From NCBI GenBank assembly GCA_002633005.1, contig NMRA01000014.1, positions 87,150 through 151,149 on the forward strand: a DNA stretch of 64,000 nucleotides, given 5' to 3'. The notes beneath the pieces are model-generated. The model saw nothing but the letters and a program-made list of their open reading frames with translations, was not told the origin of the DNA and searched no databases. Both the position numbers and the translations under genes were made by a program. The DNA comes from Phoronis australis. Its lineage: Eukaryota > Animalia > Phoronida. Below are positions 10,886 to 23,900 of the stretch, piece by piece (within the stretch, counting starts at the first letter, position 1; the number at the start of each line of letters is the position of its first letter).

Positions 10886-13248
10886 GTAAGTTAGCATAAG
10901 CAGGTGCACGGAGCGCCCAGAAGGGAGTAGGAAATTTTACTAGACAAAAAAGAAAAGGGCAACTTTCCTTGGATCTTCTATTCATACAGTTTTTCATATT
11001 TTGTGAATTGTTCAATAATGATGTTGCAATCCTCTTACAATGTCTGCCAATGCCATGTTGTTTTTCAAGACTGGCTTGCAATGACACCAACGTACCTGGA
11101 GGTAGCCTCAAAAAATTACACAAAGTGGGCTATTTGCTCCCAGATGGCTGCGCCATAAGGTCATATCCAAGGGCAAAGCGCCTCGAGAAAATCAGATTTC
11201 TGTGTCTACAAAAGTAATGATCCTATTAGGTATTAGGCCAAAATACCAGGCCAAAAATAGCCAAATTGGTATTGGTATGGATTTTTGTGAAAATTGATGT
11301 TGTGTTTTTTATTTTCCAAACTTTCAACTTGTTGCTGTATTTTAGGTAGTATTAAAATAAAATTATAATAAATTTGCTAAGTAAATGTTTGTCTGGTGGA
11401 AAACCAAAACAGTCATTATCTTGTATTTTTTATTTCCTTTATTCAGTGTTTGTGAATGAATACCCTAAGATTGAAGGTAAAAAGTAAGACCTACTTATGA
11501 TAACAACATGTATTTGCAAATGTTCAGTTATTAGAGGTTGTTGGTAGACTGTTGACTCCTTGTGGATATTTTTCTTTTGAAGACTAGAGCTTTTAACAGT
11601 ATGAGTCTGTTCATACAGAGGTGTTCGTAAACACTCAGTGTTCTCCACGACCACTTTTAACGTGTCGCAGCGTCCTGTTTGACCGAACGCGCGTCCTGTT
11701 TAAATGTCCCGCAGCCTATTTAAAAATTCTGCGTCCTTTTAAAAACCCCGCAACCAGTTTAAAAATATATGTACTACTTTGTAAAAAAGATGTTGTCGTC
11801 GTTAATAAGGACTTCAGTGGTTCAAATTACGCTTGACAGCAACTGGCCATAGCCCATTGAAACTGAATAAAGGCTAAGGAAGTGGTCAGTTGTGGACAGC
11901 CTAATCATCATTCTCACTCAAGCCGCAGACCGGGCTGCTAGTCTATTTATGATGTAACGCGGGGTGTATATAATCTCTCAATTGTCTTTTCAATCCATCT
12001 GGAACAACTAGTCATAGTCAATTGAATTTAAACAAAGGCCCAGTGCTACCTATACGCCTAATCCACTACCTGCTCACTGGAGGTGCAGTCCCCCACGAAA
12101 GTCGCTGATCGTTACGTTAGGGACTATTCGCTTATGTAGTCACCTTTTTGTGTTCGGTAAACAACTGATCATATTACCCATTGAAAATAATGAAGGCTCT
12201 GTGGTTAGTTCTGTGAAGTATATGTTGTCAGCACAGACACTGTTGCGCAGCAGTTTATAGAACGGCCGTCTTCTGGGAGGCCAGAATTTTGGTTTTCGTA
12301 GCACATTTTTCAATATTCCGTTGGCCGCAAGACACAGACTTTGCCGATACCTGTCTCAACAAATATTTGTAAATATCTGTGTCATGAACGGTGAACCAAA
12401 TTTTTGCCGACAACGTCAGACATCGGCAATATAAATGAATATAATTCGCTCTAACTTGAGAATAGATGGTTTTCAGTTGGAAGAATGAGTTTGTGACAAT
12501 CCTGAAAATTATGGGAATTCCATAGTTTCAAGCGTTTGATAATCCAGTTGATCTCTTTTTAGAAATATTGGTTGTCATCAGCAGGCCTAAGACTCCCATC
12601 CAAGTAGATGGAAAACACATTTGAATTGTTTTGTTTACACTACCTAATTTGCATTCATGATAAGGGAGGACTCGCATATTGTGCAATTTTTGCAAGAGTT
12701 CTGGTAGTGCAGAAGTTTAATGTTGTACCAGCTTCAGAACATTGAATTCAGACTATAAGAATGCTGTGGAAGACATTACACTTACAGACTGAGGGAATAC
12801 ATAGACTCTGCTGTCAAGACATAAAATGTGACTGGCTTTACAAAGACACTTCACTTGGACTGTCTGGTTTGTGAGAAAAGTTTACTTCTGTGTTAGACTT
12901 TTTGTACTTAGTTGACATTGACATCAGAATTATTGAGTAGCCTAAAACATTTCAAACACGTCTGTAGACTTCCATTTCAATGTCATTGACTAAACAAAAG
13001 GGTTCTGACATATGTGATATGTTTGTAAATAAGTCCAACTTTTAAAAATAAAAAGTTGAATAAACACAGTTATTTGTTTGCACCACTGTGCATTACTATT
13101 GAAATGCGTAGGTAAAAATAAGGTGCACAGTAGCTTATGGAGAACGTTGACCGCCGTGTGGTTCCGGCATGTTGCAGTTTTTACGCGTACGATCTGTTTA
13201 GATTTTCAGATGTGGAGGACACTACACCCATGTGGGGCAAATGCGTAC

Positions 13249-13346
13249 GGTTGTCTGATAAACTATAGGGTTGTCTGATAAACTATAGGGTTGTCTGATA
13301 AACTATAGAGGTGTCTGATAAACTATAGGGTTGTCTGATAAACTAT
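13249..13346. repeat. Minisatellite, 20-bp unit, about 5 copies
   Basis: Unit GGTTGTCTGATAAACTATAG. Confidence 0.95.
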
Positions 13347-13854
13347 GTACATTTTCAGACAGCTTTTTAAAGTACCTTCCAAACAATATGAAACATCAAG
13401 GTTATTGAAACGTAAAATTTGAAGATAAGTAGTCATTAGCTGGCTATGAGATGCATTATCTAAGGTAAAGTAGCCAGCCAGCTAGCAGTATGTAGACTAG
13501 CACCAAAATATAGTTAGGAAGTGATTTGTGTAAATTTTATATACCGTAGACCTCGAAATTTCATACCGCCTGGATAGTTCTGCTCATCGCCTCATCATAA
13601 AATTTAACACGTAAAGCCAACGACAAGACAGGTGTATGTTAAAAGTGGATGTTATTCTACAGGCCTTAGTAATCATGAGACTCAACTTTGCATTTAGATA
13701 AGCTATCCTGTAGCTAAGTGTTCGAGTTAGTTGCTAAAACTTGTGAGCATTTTTTATTGTAAGAGGAGAATTTTCTGGTCTCAAGAAGAATTTTTAAAGC
13801 GGCTACAAATCCACCTTCAATCACAAAAGGCAACTCACGATTGAGAAGACTAAG

Positions 13855-14080
13855 TTATGAAATTGGTCTCAAATTGTTTCGTTGTAAAATTGGAGATAAT
13901 TTCAAGCTTCGAAAAAAATGAGAATTTGTTATTGCTTGACACCAGGCTTTACAGATGGTCTTGTCACATTTTATACATCGAGTATGGTCTCTAGGAATAA
14001 CAAGCTGTCAATTTTTTGCAAACTCAGTCATCACTTCTTATCTGAGTTTCCCGGGAACAAGTTGAGACCAATTTTATAGC
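13855..14080. mobile_element. Small MITE-like element with ~25-bp imperfect inverted repeats
   Basis: TATGAAATTGGTCTCAAATTGTTTC ... GAACAAGTTGAGACCAATTTTATA. Confidence 0.45.
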
Positions 14081-14914
14081 AGTAAGTGAACTAAATCAGA
14101 AGTTTGCTTCTTGGACAGAATGCTGGTTCATTGCCACTTTAAATATTTTGATGGGAATGAGGCCATCATTTGGTCTCTGAATGGATGCATGGATGGCCCT
14201 GATAGTGTTGGTAATTATTTCTGCCTTTGCTAATTGCTCTTTGAACTCATGAGTAAAGGATCACAGAATTGATTCCAGCAATGTAAAACAGCTGAATATA
14301 ACGACACTGGCATCAAGCATTGACATCAACTTTACATTTTCACAATACTAAAGGCTACCTTACTAACAAGAACGCCACCTAGTGGGCACACTTGACGATC
14401 AATGGAGGAAAACTGTAATGCTATGTTGAAAGTTACTGACTTGAGCCACAGTAGTAACAATGTCATTTGAACGGATCCATTTATCAAAACAATGAATGGC
14501 TAAAAGTAAAAGAGGGTAATTTATTAAATATTTCACTGTAATAATTCTCAAACCTAGAACAACTTATTGCATAGACTGATATTAGCAGTTAACAGCTGAT
14601 TTACGCCTGAAAACTTTATCGTCTTTGTGTATGTGATACAAGAATAAATGCCGAGTCTCTAATATATAGTTTTGTGGTCACCAGGTGAATGTTGTGTTGG
14701 ATCTCTTCTTTGTAGAATAGAAATAAAGTGGCACAGTTTTTAAGTATATTCTTGCATGAGAACACGTGCAACTACCTTTGGACAGTTGATGATATATTGA
14801 ATGTTGTGTCGTGTCGTAAGAAGGTATGATTAATAGCTTCATTGGTTTATCATAGCTTTACTGTCTGTTTCCCCTTCATCATCTTCATTCTTTTTCAGTG
14901 TGACCTCAAGGCTG

Positions 14915-17900
14915 ATGATGTCTGGTATTGTCAAAACTTCAAGTCTTCCCCAAGTACAACCTTTAGCCTTGCGTGGAGAAGGAGATGGCTCGTTTGAAGG
15001 ACGCTCTCTTGGAAATGGAACTAAACTGGCAGCCTCCCCACTGAAACTGTTTGGTCAGGCAAAGGCAAAAATCAATGGAATCTTCAATGAAATTGGATCA
15101 TATGTCAACGAAACAAGTGGCTTCTTAACCAGTAACTACTTTCATAATTAATTATATACGGGTATTAGCAAAATGTCGTATAAGTTATTGTTTGTTGGAT
15201 AATTCAAATATTGTTCAATGATACTTTTATGTTTTCTTCGGATGTTTGATCTTATTATACAATGAAATTGTGTAGATTTAGTCCTGTCATCGTGGGACAT
15301 CTGGTGGAAGTAAAGCTTGAAGTAGTTTCAAATTTCATAATTAGGACTTGCTGGACACTACTGTTGTTGATGTAACTTTTATTGTTCGTATGTTTTATAG
15401 CTGTGTTCTAAAGCTGTAGTAGTCCTTAAGTCTGAGCAGCTGTACTACACATAATACATGAGCATGCATCTGTGATGAAATGACATCATAAACAAACAAA
15501 GGCATGAAATGTAACACTCAATTGTAAGCAAAAATAGCATGATCTCCATAACTGGTACTTAACTCTGAACATGCTTTTGAAGGCCTTGAGATATTCAAAA
15601 TCAAGCCTAAATGAAGCAAGTTCACAAGTCTTAGTTTAAAAGTCACCCTAGCTATGGATTTCGGCTGTACATGACTGTGTAGTATGACTTCAGTGTACAT
15701 TGTGATGTGGTCCCATGTTTAAGACAGACTTACAAGTTAGTGAGGCTGTTTTACATTGCATTGCTTTTTGTATATGCCCATATATATGGTCGCATGTTAT
15801 CGTTATCCTGACCTGGATCGATTTCAATGACCGTTTCTTAGTGAGAAAAATGTGGCCAAAATCACGTGTTCTCGTTGAAAATACACGATTATGTCTTGCA
15901 AATCTCGCTTTTGTAGCGAGACCAGCACTCTACGCTTAGTTAAACACCAAGTTGCATGTGGCGACCTGGCAAAAATCCGAGGACAATAATTGGCAACCTG
16001 TAGGTTACCAAATCTAGTGCTGGAGACACTAGGGTTACTGAAATTTACTCGGTTTCCTCTTGATATTTTAAAAATCTCTAGTTGGCTTAAATGTGTAAAG
16101 CATCAATAGAACCATCTCTGCTGTTTTTCAATCTGCTCCACCCCCAAGCCAGTGGGGCAACAGCGCTTTTGGGGAAGTGCATTTCTGGATAATATCTAGA
16201 GAACCCATAGACGAATTTCAATGAAACTTGACTCAAGAAATATGTGACAACAATGTGCTAGCTACAGTCAATGATTGGACAGGTTGTAGCCTTTTCTATT
16301 GGTTGTTTTGATCTCAACTAGGGGCTTTTTTAGTACTTTTGGGAGGTAGAACGTTTCTGTATGATATCTAGAGAACCAATTGATGGAGTTAACTTGACAT
16401 AGGCATATGTGACAGCACTGCACCAAAACCAGTCGCTTTTTGGGCAATTTCAACTGCTATAGCTTGGACCCCTAGTGGCCATTTTATCTAGTTGCTTACA
16501 CGATATTCTAAAAACTCTTGGTGGTATTTTGATGAAATTTGGCTCAAGGGACTATGTTGTCTCTAAGGTGGTACATGCCCTTGCCCACAGTCGATTGTCG
16601 TGGTATGTGACAGCAATGTGCCTGCATCAATTAATAGCACCCCGTACTAACCATTCTGTTCTGGCCAAGGGACTTTTTCAGTACTTTTGGGGAAAAGAGG
16701 ATTACTGGATGATATGTAGAGAACTATTTGACACATTTTTATAAATTTTGACACAGAGGTACGTGACAGCAGTCTGCGGGGCACTAGTCGATTATCAGAA
16801 GGATTGGACCTTTGCAAATCCTCTAGTGGCCGTTACAGTATCAACACGAGGCATTTCACAATTTTTTGGGAGAAGATGTCTAGAAAACTGATTGATTGAT
16901 TTCAATGAAATTTGACACAGGGCTATGGGGCAGCAATGTGCCGGAACCAGTCAAATTTGGCTACTGCAGCACAAAATGGCCATTTTGTCTGGTTTTCCTG
17001 TTGTCCAGTTGTTTGCTGGATATCTCAAAATCCCTTGGTTGTATTTTGAAAAGTGTAGGCATCACTATGGCAGTGTATGCCACTTTTTAATCTGCCCGTG
17101 GCCAAGGACAGAGTTGTTCAGTGTTTTTTGGATTTTGGAAAAGAGCATTTCTTTATGGTATTTAAAGAACTGATTGAAAGATTTTGATGAAACTTTATTC
17201 AGTGATGGCAATGCTCTGGCATAAGCTGATTTTGGGGTGAGTTTAACCTGTCTGTCACCTGTAGTCACCATTCCGCACTTGAGAAGGGGCTTTTTAGTAT
17301 TTTTGGGAAGAAGGAAGATTTGGAACGATAACTATAGGGGAAATTTTAACACGGAGTTATGTGAGGGCTATACACGGGTACCAGTTGATTTTTGGGCGGA
17401 TTTGACTAATGCAACACCGCCTGGTGGCCATTCCATTTTCTAGGTGATGGCAGGTACCAGTATTGAGCAGATTCTAACAAGTGGTTTGCTGCTGTCATGT
17501 CATTGTGTATCTATCTTTGTATCTGCTAAACCTTATCATGTCTACCTTTGTATGTCTTTGTATCTGCTAAACATCCTCATGTGTACGGTACCTTTGTGTC
17601 AGCTAAACCTCCTCATGTCTACCTTTGTATCTGCTAAACATCCTCATGTGTACGGTACCTTTGTGTCAGCTAAACCTCCTCATGTCTACCTTAATTGTAT
17701 CTGCTAAACCTCTTCATGTGTACAGTACCTTTGTGTCAGCTAAACCTCCTCATGTCTACCTTTGTATCTGCTAAACCTCCTCATGTGTACGGTACCTTTG
17801 TGTCAGCTAAACCTCCTCATGTCTACCTTTGTATCTGCTAAACCTCCTCATGTGTACGGTACCTTTGTGTCAGCTAAACTTCCTCGTGTCTACGTTTGTG

Positions 17901-20900
17901 TCTGCTAAACTAGACCTGCTAATTTTGGATGCTTAGTGCTGAATCCCTTTGTGGTATCATTTATTTTTTGGTTGAAAACATACTGCGTGTGTTGCATTGT
18001 GGACACATATCAGCACTTAATTGCTCTTGTTTGTTTCTGCTAGCCTTTGCTGTGATCGTGGCAACAAAATCTCATCTGTTATTGAATGTTGATGTAAGCT
18101 GTAATGACCACTTTATGATTGGTTTTAGGTGTGAGTCATGATGAGAACTTAGTAGAAGCAGAAGTAGTTGAGCAAGCAAAGAGTTATCAACAGAAAGTGT
18201 TGGGTATACTGGATGTACTGGCACGGGATCATATGAAAGTTGTCTTCTTTGGCAGGTCGGTGAACAACCAGCTGTCTTATGTACTGCGTTCACATGCAGC
18301 TGATTTGCTGGTGGTTTTAAATGGCAGAAAAAATAAGGGGTTTCCTTTGGTGTGTCGACTGTTTTCAGAGGGATTATTTTGTTGCCTATTTGCTAGTTAC
18401 AGGTACCCAGTTGGTTTTTCCGGTTTTGAAATTCTGTTATACATAACAGTGTCAACTTAATTTTAGCTGATTTTTTTGAGGGAATTGTTCAGAGGTTGAC
18501 AGGTCTTTACATGCATTGACCTTTCTGTAGTTTGCATTTTGTGGAATTTTAGTCAGGTTGGCCCCTGTAGGCTGAAAATGTAGGTGTACGTTCTCTTTTT
18601 TCATTGGTTGGTTTCATCCTCCTTTGGATGACCAGCTTCGCATAATTCATTGTAACGTAACAAGTTCGTGTATCTGTAAAAAGTCAAGGGTAGTCTTTGG
18701 ACGACTTTATGTAGTGCGAGTATTTTATCAGGTTATAAGACAAAATCATCATATATAATTTTTCCATGTGGGCAGCCTCAGAACATTTGAACCAAGGCAC
18801 ATTCCATGTAATTCCTTGTGATGCCATGTTGCTCTTGCCTGAGTTGGTTATCTTTACATTAACGTTAGTATGATCATCATATCTTGTCCGTCTACTGTAG
18901 AACATCTAATGGTAAAAGCACAGTGATCAATGCTATGTTGAGGAACAAGTTGCTGCCTAGTGGTATTGGCCACACCACCAATTGTTTTGTACAAGTGGAG
19001 GGCTGTGATTCAGCGGAGGGTTATCTGTTGACAGAGGACTCTCAGGAGAAGAAGTCCATACACGTAGGTTGCCTGTGTCTAGTTTAATGTAAAAATTACG
19101 TTCTTGTGATGTGCTTAATTGGCAGGTTTGCATAAACTGCACTAAAACTACAATGTGCTTGGGGCTCATCACACACCTTTTCATTGAGAATGTATGGACT
19201 TGTCTGTCTTTTGGCAGTCCTTGGTATGATGGCATGAGTTACCAAACAACAGGCTTATGTTGCACATTGTATTTCCTAATCCTCAAGCCAGAAACTGGAC
19301 GCAGGGATTTAACTGCCAGATAGATACACGGGTGTGTTACCTGATGTCTGTGTTTCTTATGTTGTAGTCAGTGAAGCAGCTTGCGCATGCCCTTAGTAAC
19401 ATGAAGCTGGGCTGTGATACTCTCATTAGAATACTGTGGCCCAAAGAGAAGTGCTCTCTATTGAAAGATGACGTTGTATTAGTTGACAGGTGAGTCAGCT
19501 ATAAAACTTTTGTGTAAATGTGCTGGCCATTGTCCGTTACCTTATTTGCTTGCAAAGGAAATGAATGTTGCTTATTTTCACGAGTCTTAGTTTTCAAGTA
19601 CCAATTTTCAAATTAATGTTGGCACACTTTTAAATGCCCAAATCTTACCCAAGACACTTCTCTGATATTTTGCATGTAAACGCTGGACTTATAGCTTCTT
19701 GCTGTGTTCGCGAAAAGTCTTTAAATTTTTATACACAATGACTCTTGGTTTTCAGTACTTTTATGTAGCTAGCATCTGTGTAAAGTCATCTTTGCGTTGT
19801 TGTTTATAGTCCAGGTATTGACGTGTCTCCTGACCTGGATAGCTGTGTAAAGTCATCTTTGCGTTGTTATTTATAGTCCAGGTATTGACGTGTCTCCTGA
19901 CCTCGATAGCTGGATTGACAAGCATTGTATGGATGCTGATGTATTCGTTTTGGTCGCTAATGCAGAGTCGACCCTCATGCAGACGGTGAGCTGATCTTTT
20001 CATCAACTATTGCGCAAGTGTTATTTCATGCTTTGTAACTGAAGAGAACACTGAACTTGGTGTGGCCTACTGTGTCATACACATCTCAATGTACACTGTA
20101 TTGGAAATAGGCTACTATACACCCGTGCTTCTCTTAAGAACTCTGTAATAGCTTTAGATGGACGAAGAAGTGACTGACCCAAACGTCATGCCGATGTAAA
20201 TAGGCTAGAGGTTGGTGTAAATAGGCTAGAGGTTGGTGTAAATAGGCTAGAGGTTGGAGTAAATAGGCTAGAGGTTGGAGTAAATAGACCAATAAATTTC
20301 AGAAATGATGTTATTATCACCACTTTAAAGTGGTTTTAGGAAGACATGGGCTACCTTTGTTACCAAGGATCAAATTTCTTAAATAACTATTACGCATTTA
20401 ATTGTCGACTCATAAAACTGTATTCAAAATTTTTGAAAATCCTTGATGATCACAGAGAGAACTTCACTGTCAAAAATGAAGATGTCAATATTCTTTGAAA
20501 AACAGCACTCGTGATTTTTGACAGTCAAGCTGTCAGACTAAAGGACCTTAAAGAAGATCCCAGGCACACTTCTGTGGCTGTTGGAACGAACAGAGTTAAC
20601 ACTTTTCATAGGAAAAAATTATGTTTATGAAAAATATTTGAGATCTTCGTGTATGGAGATGCATGCCTCATGAAATGGAAAGTGCAGATCTTAGTGTAAG
20701 GAGATGAAATGGTATATTTTTTTATTTGATTTTAAGATTTACATTAGCAATTTGTGTTTCAGGAGAAGAACTTTTTCCTCAAAGTGAGTGATCGCCTGTC
20801 CAAGCCTAATGTGTTCATCCTTAATAACAGGTGGGACGCTTCTGCCATGGAGCCTGAGTCTATGGAGGAGGTAGGTCTGCCACACCACTGTTAAAACCAA

Positions 20901-23900
20901 CTCAGGCTTCTCTTTAATGAATGGTTTTGTCCTTTAATTTTCATCAACAGCATCAGTTCATCATATTTTTGTACACTAACTTATTATGAGTTTCTTATTT
21001 ATTCATAGTTCAAATCTGCATCAATCCTCCATCTGATCCGTACTTATGGTCTGTACTTGTGGGTCCGTATTTATGGTCTGTACTATGGGTTTGTATTTAT
21101 GGTCCATACTTATGGGTCCATACTTATGAATTGGTGGTGTCAGATCTTACTGTTATCGATCATTTGCTGTTCAGGTGCGTCAGCAGCATGTGGAGAGGAA
21201 CACGACCTTCCTGTCAAATGAGCTGCATGTGAACAGTAAACAAGAGGCTGAAGACCGTGTGTTCTTTGTGTCGGCGCGTGAAGCTCTCCTCTCCAGGTCC
21301 CACAGTGATGCGGGCACTCCTACTCCAAGTATTTATGCATATATCTGATGAGGCTTGCAACATAAATATAACTAGCTGAAAATCAAAGTTATCCTGTTTT
21401 TTTCGTATTGAATCCATGCCTTTGTAGGAAGGTGGGGTTGTATTTATCAAGTTTGCAACATATCATTGTGAAACAAATAATTATTGTTACTTCATTAGAA
21501 TCATTTCTTGCCTTGTACAGGTAGTGTGGTCAAATTTTGCATGCTGTCAACCTTTAAATGGGAACATTTTTTAAGCAGTTGTTTTTGTGGATAGTAATAT
21601 CTACTCAAACGTACTGACAATGTTTCTGATACTTTTATTGTGCCAACTTGAACTGCAAATGAGATTTTACTTGCAAGTGTTCTGCATATTAAGAGATTTG
21701 ACTCGATATGACCCATTTCGAAGTTGTTTCGATTCAAAGTCTGCATTGTTTTGTTGATACTTATTAGTGCTTACTTGCAGTTAGTGTTAACCCTGCATTC
21801 GTTTTTAATTAGCAGATAATGAGATGTTGAAGATGGCTCGACACAGTCCTGTAACTTTAGGTTGTGTCTGAGTACTTCATCGTGTAATCCCTGATAGCAT
21901 CATTATAACTTATATTTAGTTGTCTTTGAAAAGTCCTGGAGAAGTCTAGAAAACACTGCTGTTTTTGTAGAAGGGGACAACTTTCTATTGAAAGTTCACA
22001 TTTTTTCTCTAAATTACTCTTGGTGAGACGTTTGGTAGACTAAGTATAACTGTTAAAATTAAATTGTTTCAGCTGGAGCTTTGCAAGAGGGGTTTCAAAG
22101 TAGACTATTTGAATTCTCGAACTTTGAAAGAAAGTTTGAGGTAAGTTTGCTGAGATTAACAGAAATCAAGTTGGAATATGGTAACTCTTATATGCACTGC
22201 AGTTATCTTTCTGCTTTAAAATGATAAGACAAATTTTCTGATTGTGAACAAAACTAAGAAATGTTTAGTAGCGCTTGTTACTTTACTTGTTAGGAATGCA
22301 TCAGCCAATCAGCTGTGAAGACTAAGTTTGCTCAACACGCCAATAGAGGGACAGTTATTTCGGAGGATATGAAGTCTATCATGGACACTGTGTTCTCACT
22401 GTCGCTCAGCAAAAGGTAATACCAGGAATTTCCAGTAAAGCCCCCATGAAGGAAGGAAGGAAAATTTCCTAGGTCGCTTTTTGGGGAACAAAAAGTGACC
22501 TGTATTATTCATCATTGTTAATATTTCTAATTGTAATTATACTTATTATTCATGCAGCTACAATCTGAAAGTTATTCATTAACAATTGTTTTTTTTTCTT
22601 TCTTGCCTTGTTCACATAATAACAGAAATACCCTCAGTTGTAAATGAAAGCTCTGTGTAGTTGCATCTAGTTAACAAACTTTACATACAACATGGTAAGT
22701 ACCGTAATCATCTGGCGTGTACTCACTATGGTGTTACGAGGTCATTTCAAAGATTTCTAGATGCACCAACAGAACAGCATAATGAAGTTTCAGAGAACAA
22801 AAGATGACTTGAAAAAAGTATTACTTCCTAAAAATCCCTGGAGTGTTCTTTGTTTTGTCGTTCAAGTGAACATAAGGCCAGGTTTCTTGGTTAAAAATAA
22901 AGGACTGATAGCTATGAATTCTGTGTCATTATCATCACGGTGATTGAGTTGCCCCTGTTGACCTCAGCGTGGCGTAAATAGCTTGGAATGAATGTTTATG
23001 ACCAAAAATTGCTGTTAATATATTCTGAGATCATCTGCAGGCTCTGGCCAATAATTGCAACTTGATAGTACATGAATATGATACACATTCCAGACAAGAG
23101 GCCATCACAAAACGCCAGGAGACCAGTGATCGGCTCGACTACATAGAGCGACAGATGGACATCTTAACAGAAGAAATCAAGATGAAGATCAAGCAGATGG
23201 TTGAGCAGGTGGAAATGAAGGTATGTAGTGTGATATTAGGGGGGAGAGACAAGCCAGGCCCATGTCATAGTGCATCTGCACTTAGTGTCACATCTTTGTG
23301 TTTCCAGTTATTGCATGTGAAGGTCTAGTGCACTGGGCTTCTGCTTCCATGTTAGGATATTGGCTGCAGTGTTTACAATAGAATTAGGTGTCCTGCTGAA
23401 ATATTAGTACTGTCCATAATGACCAATACTCAACATTATTCTATGTGGCAGTATTCTCACACCTTATGGTGCGCTGAATTTTGAACAAAATTGCTGATGA
23501 ATTTTCAGACAAGCATGGTTTTGATTGCCCGTCCTTGTTGCAGTAAGTGAGTGATTTGGACTGTGCATTGTGAATGTGTGAATGAACTGATTGGAGTTAG
23601 TTAAGTATATCTAGCATATCTCCTGATGAAATCGGGATCTTCTGCTAACATTGTATGTTTTAAATCTGTGTGTATTGATGTTTTTTTAATGATATAGGCT
23701 GTTTGCCATTCTTATGTACATCTTGTGTATTTTTTGTAGGTGTCTCGTTCCTTGAACGATGAGATTCGCCGCCTTGCCATTTTAGTGGATGAGTTTGACA
23801 GGCCATTCCACCCTGATCCTATGGTGCTGAATGTTTATAAAAAGGTCAGCTTGTTTCTCGCTTTATTAGCTCATGTGTTAGACTTTACATCAAATATATT

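Noticed and set aside
15461-15575. C/D-box snoRNA-like arrangement (GTGATGA ... CTGA with AGCATG/CATGCT flanks) in a mitofusin intron
   Set aside because: Terminal stem is out of register for a K-turn and I could not recognise an rRNA or snRNA guide; would need snoScan or Rfam support.
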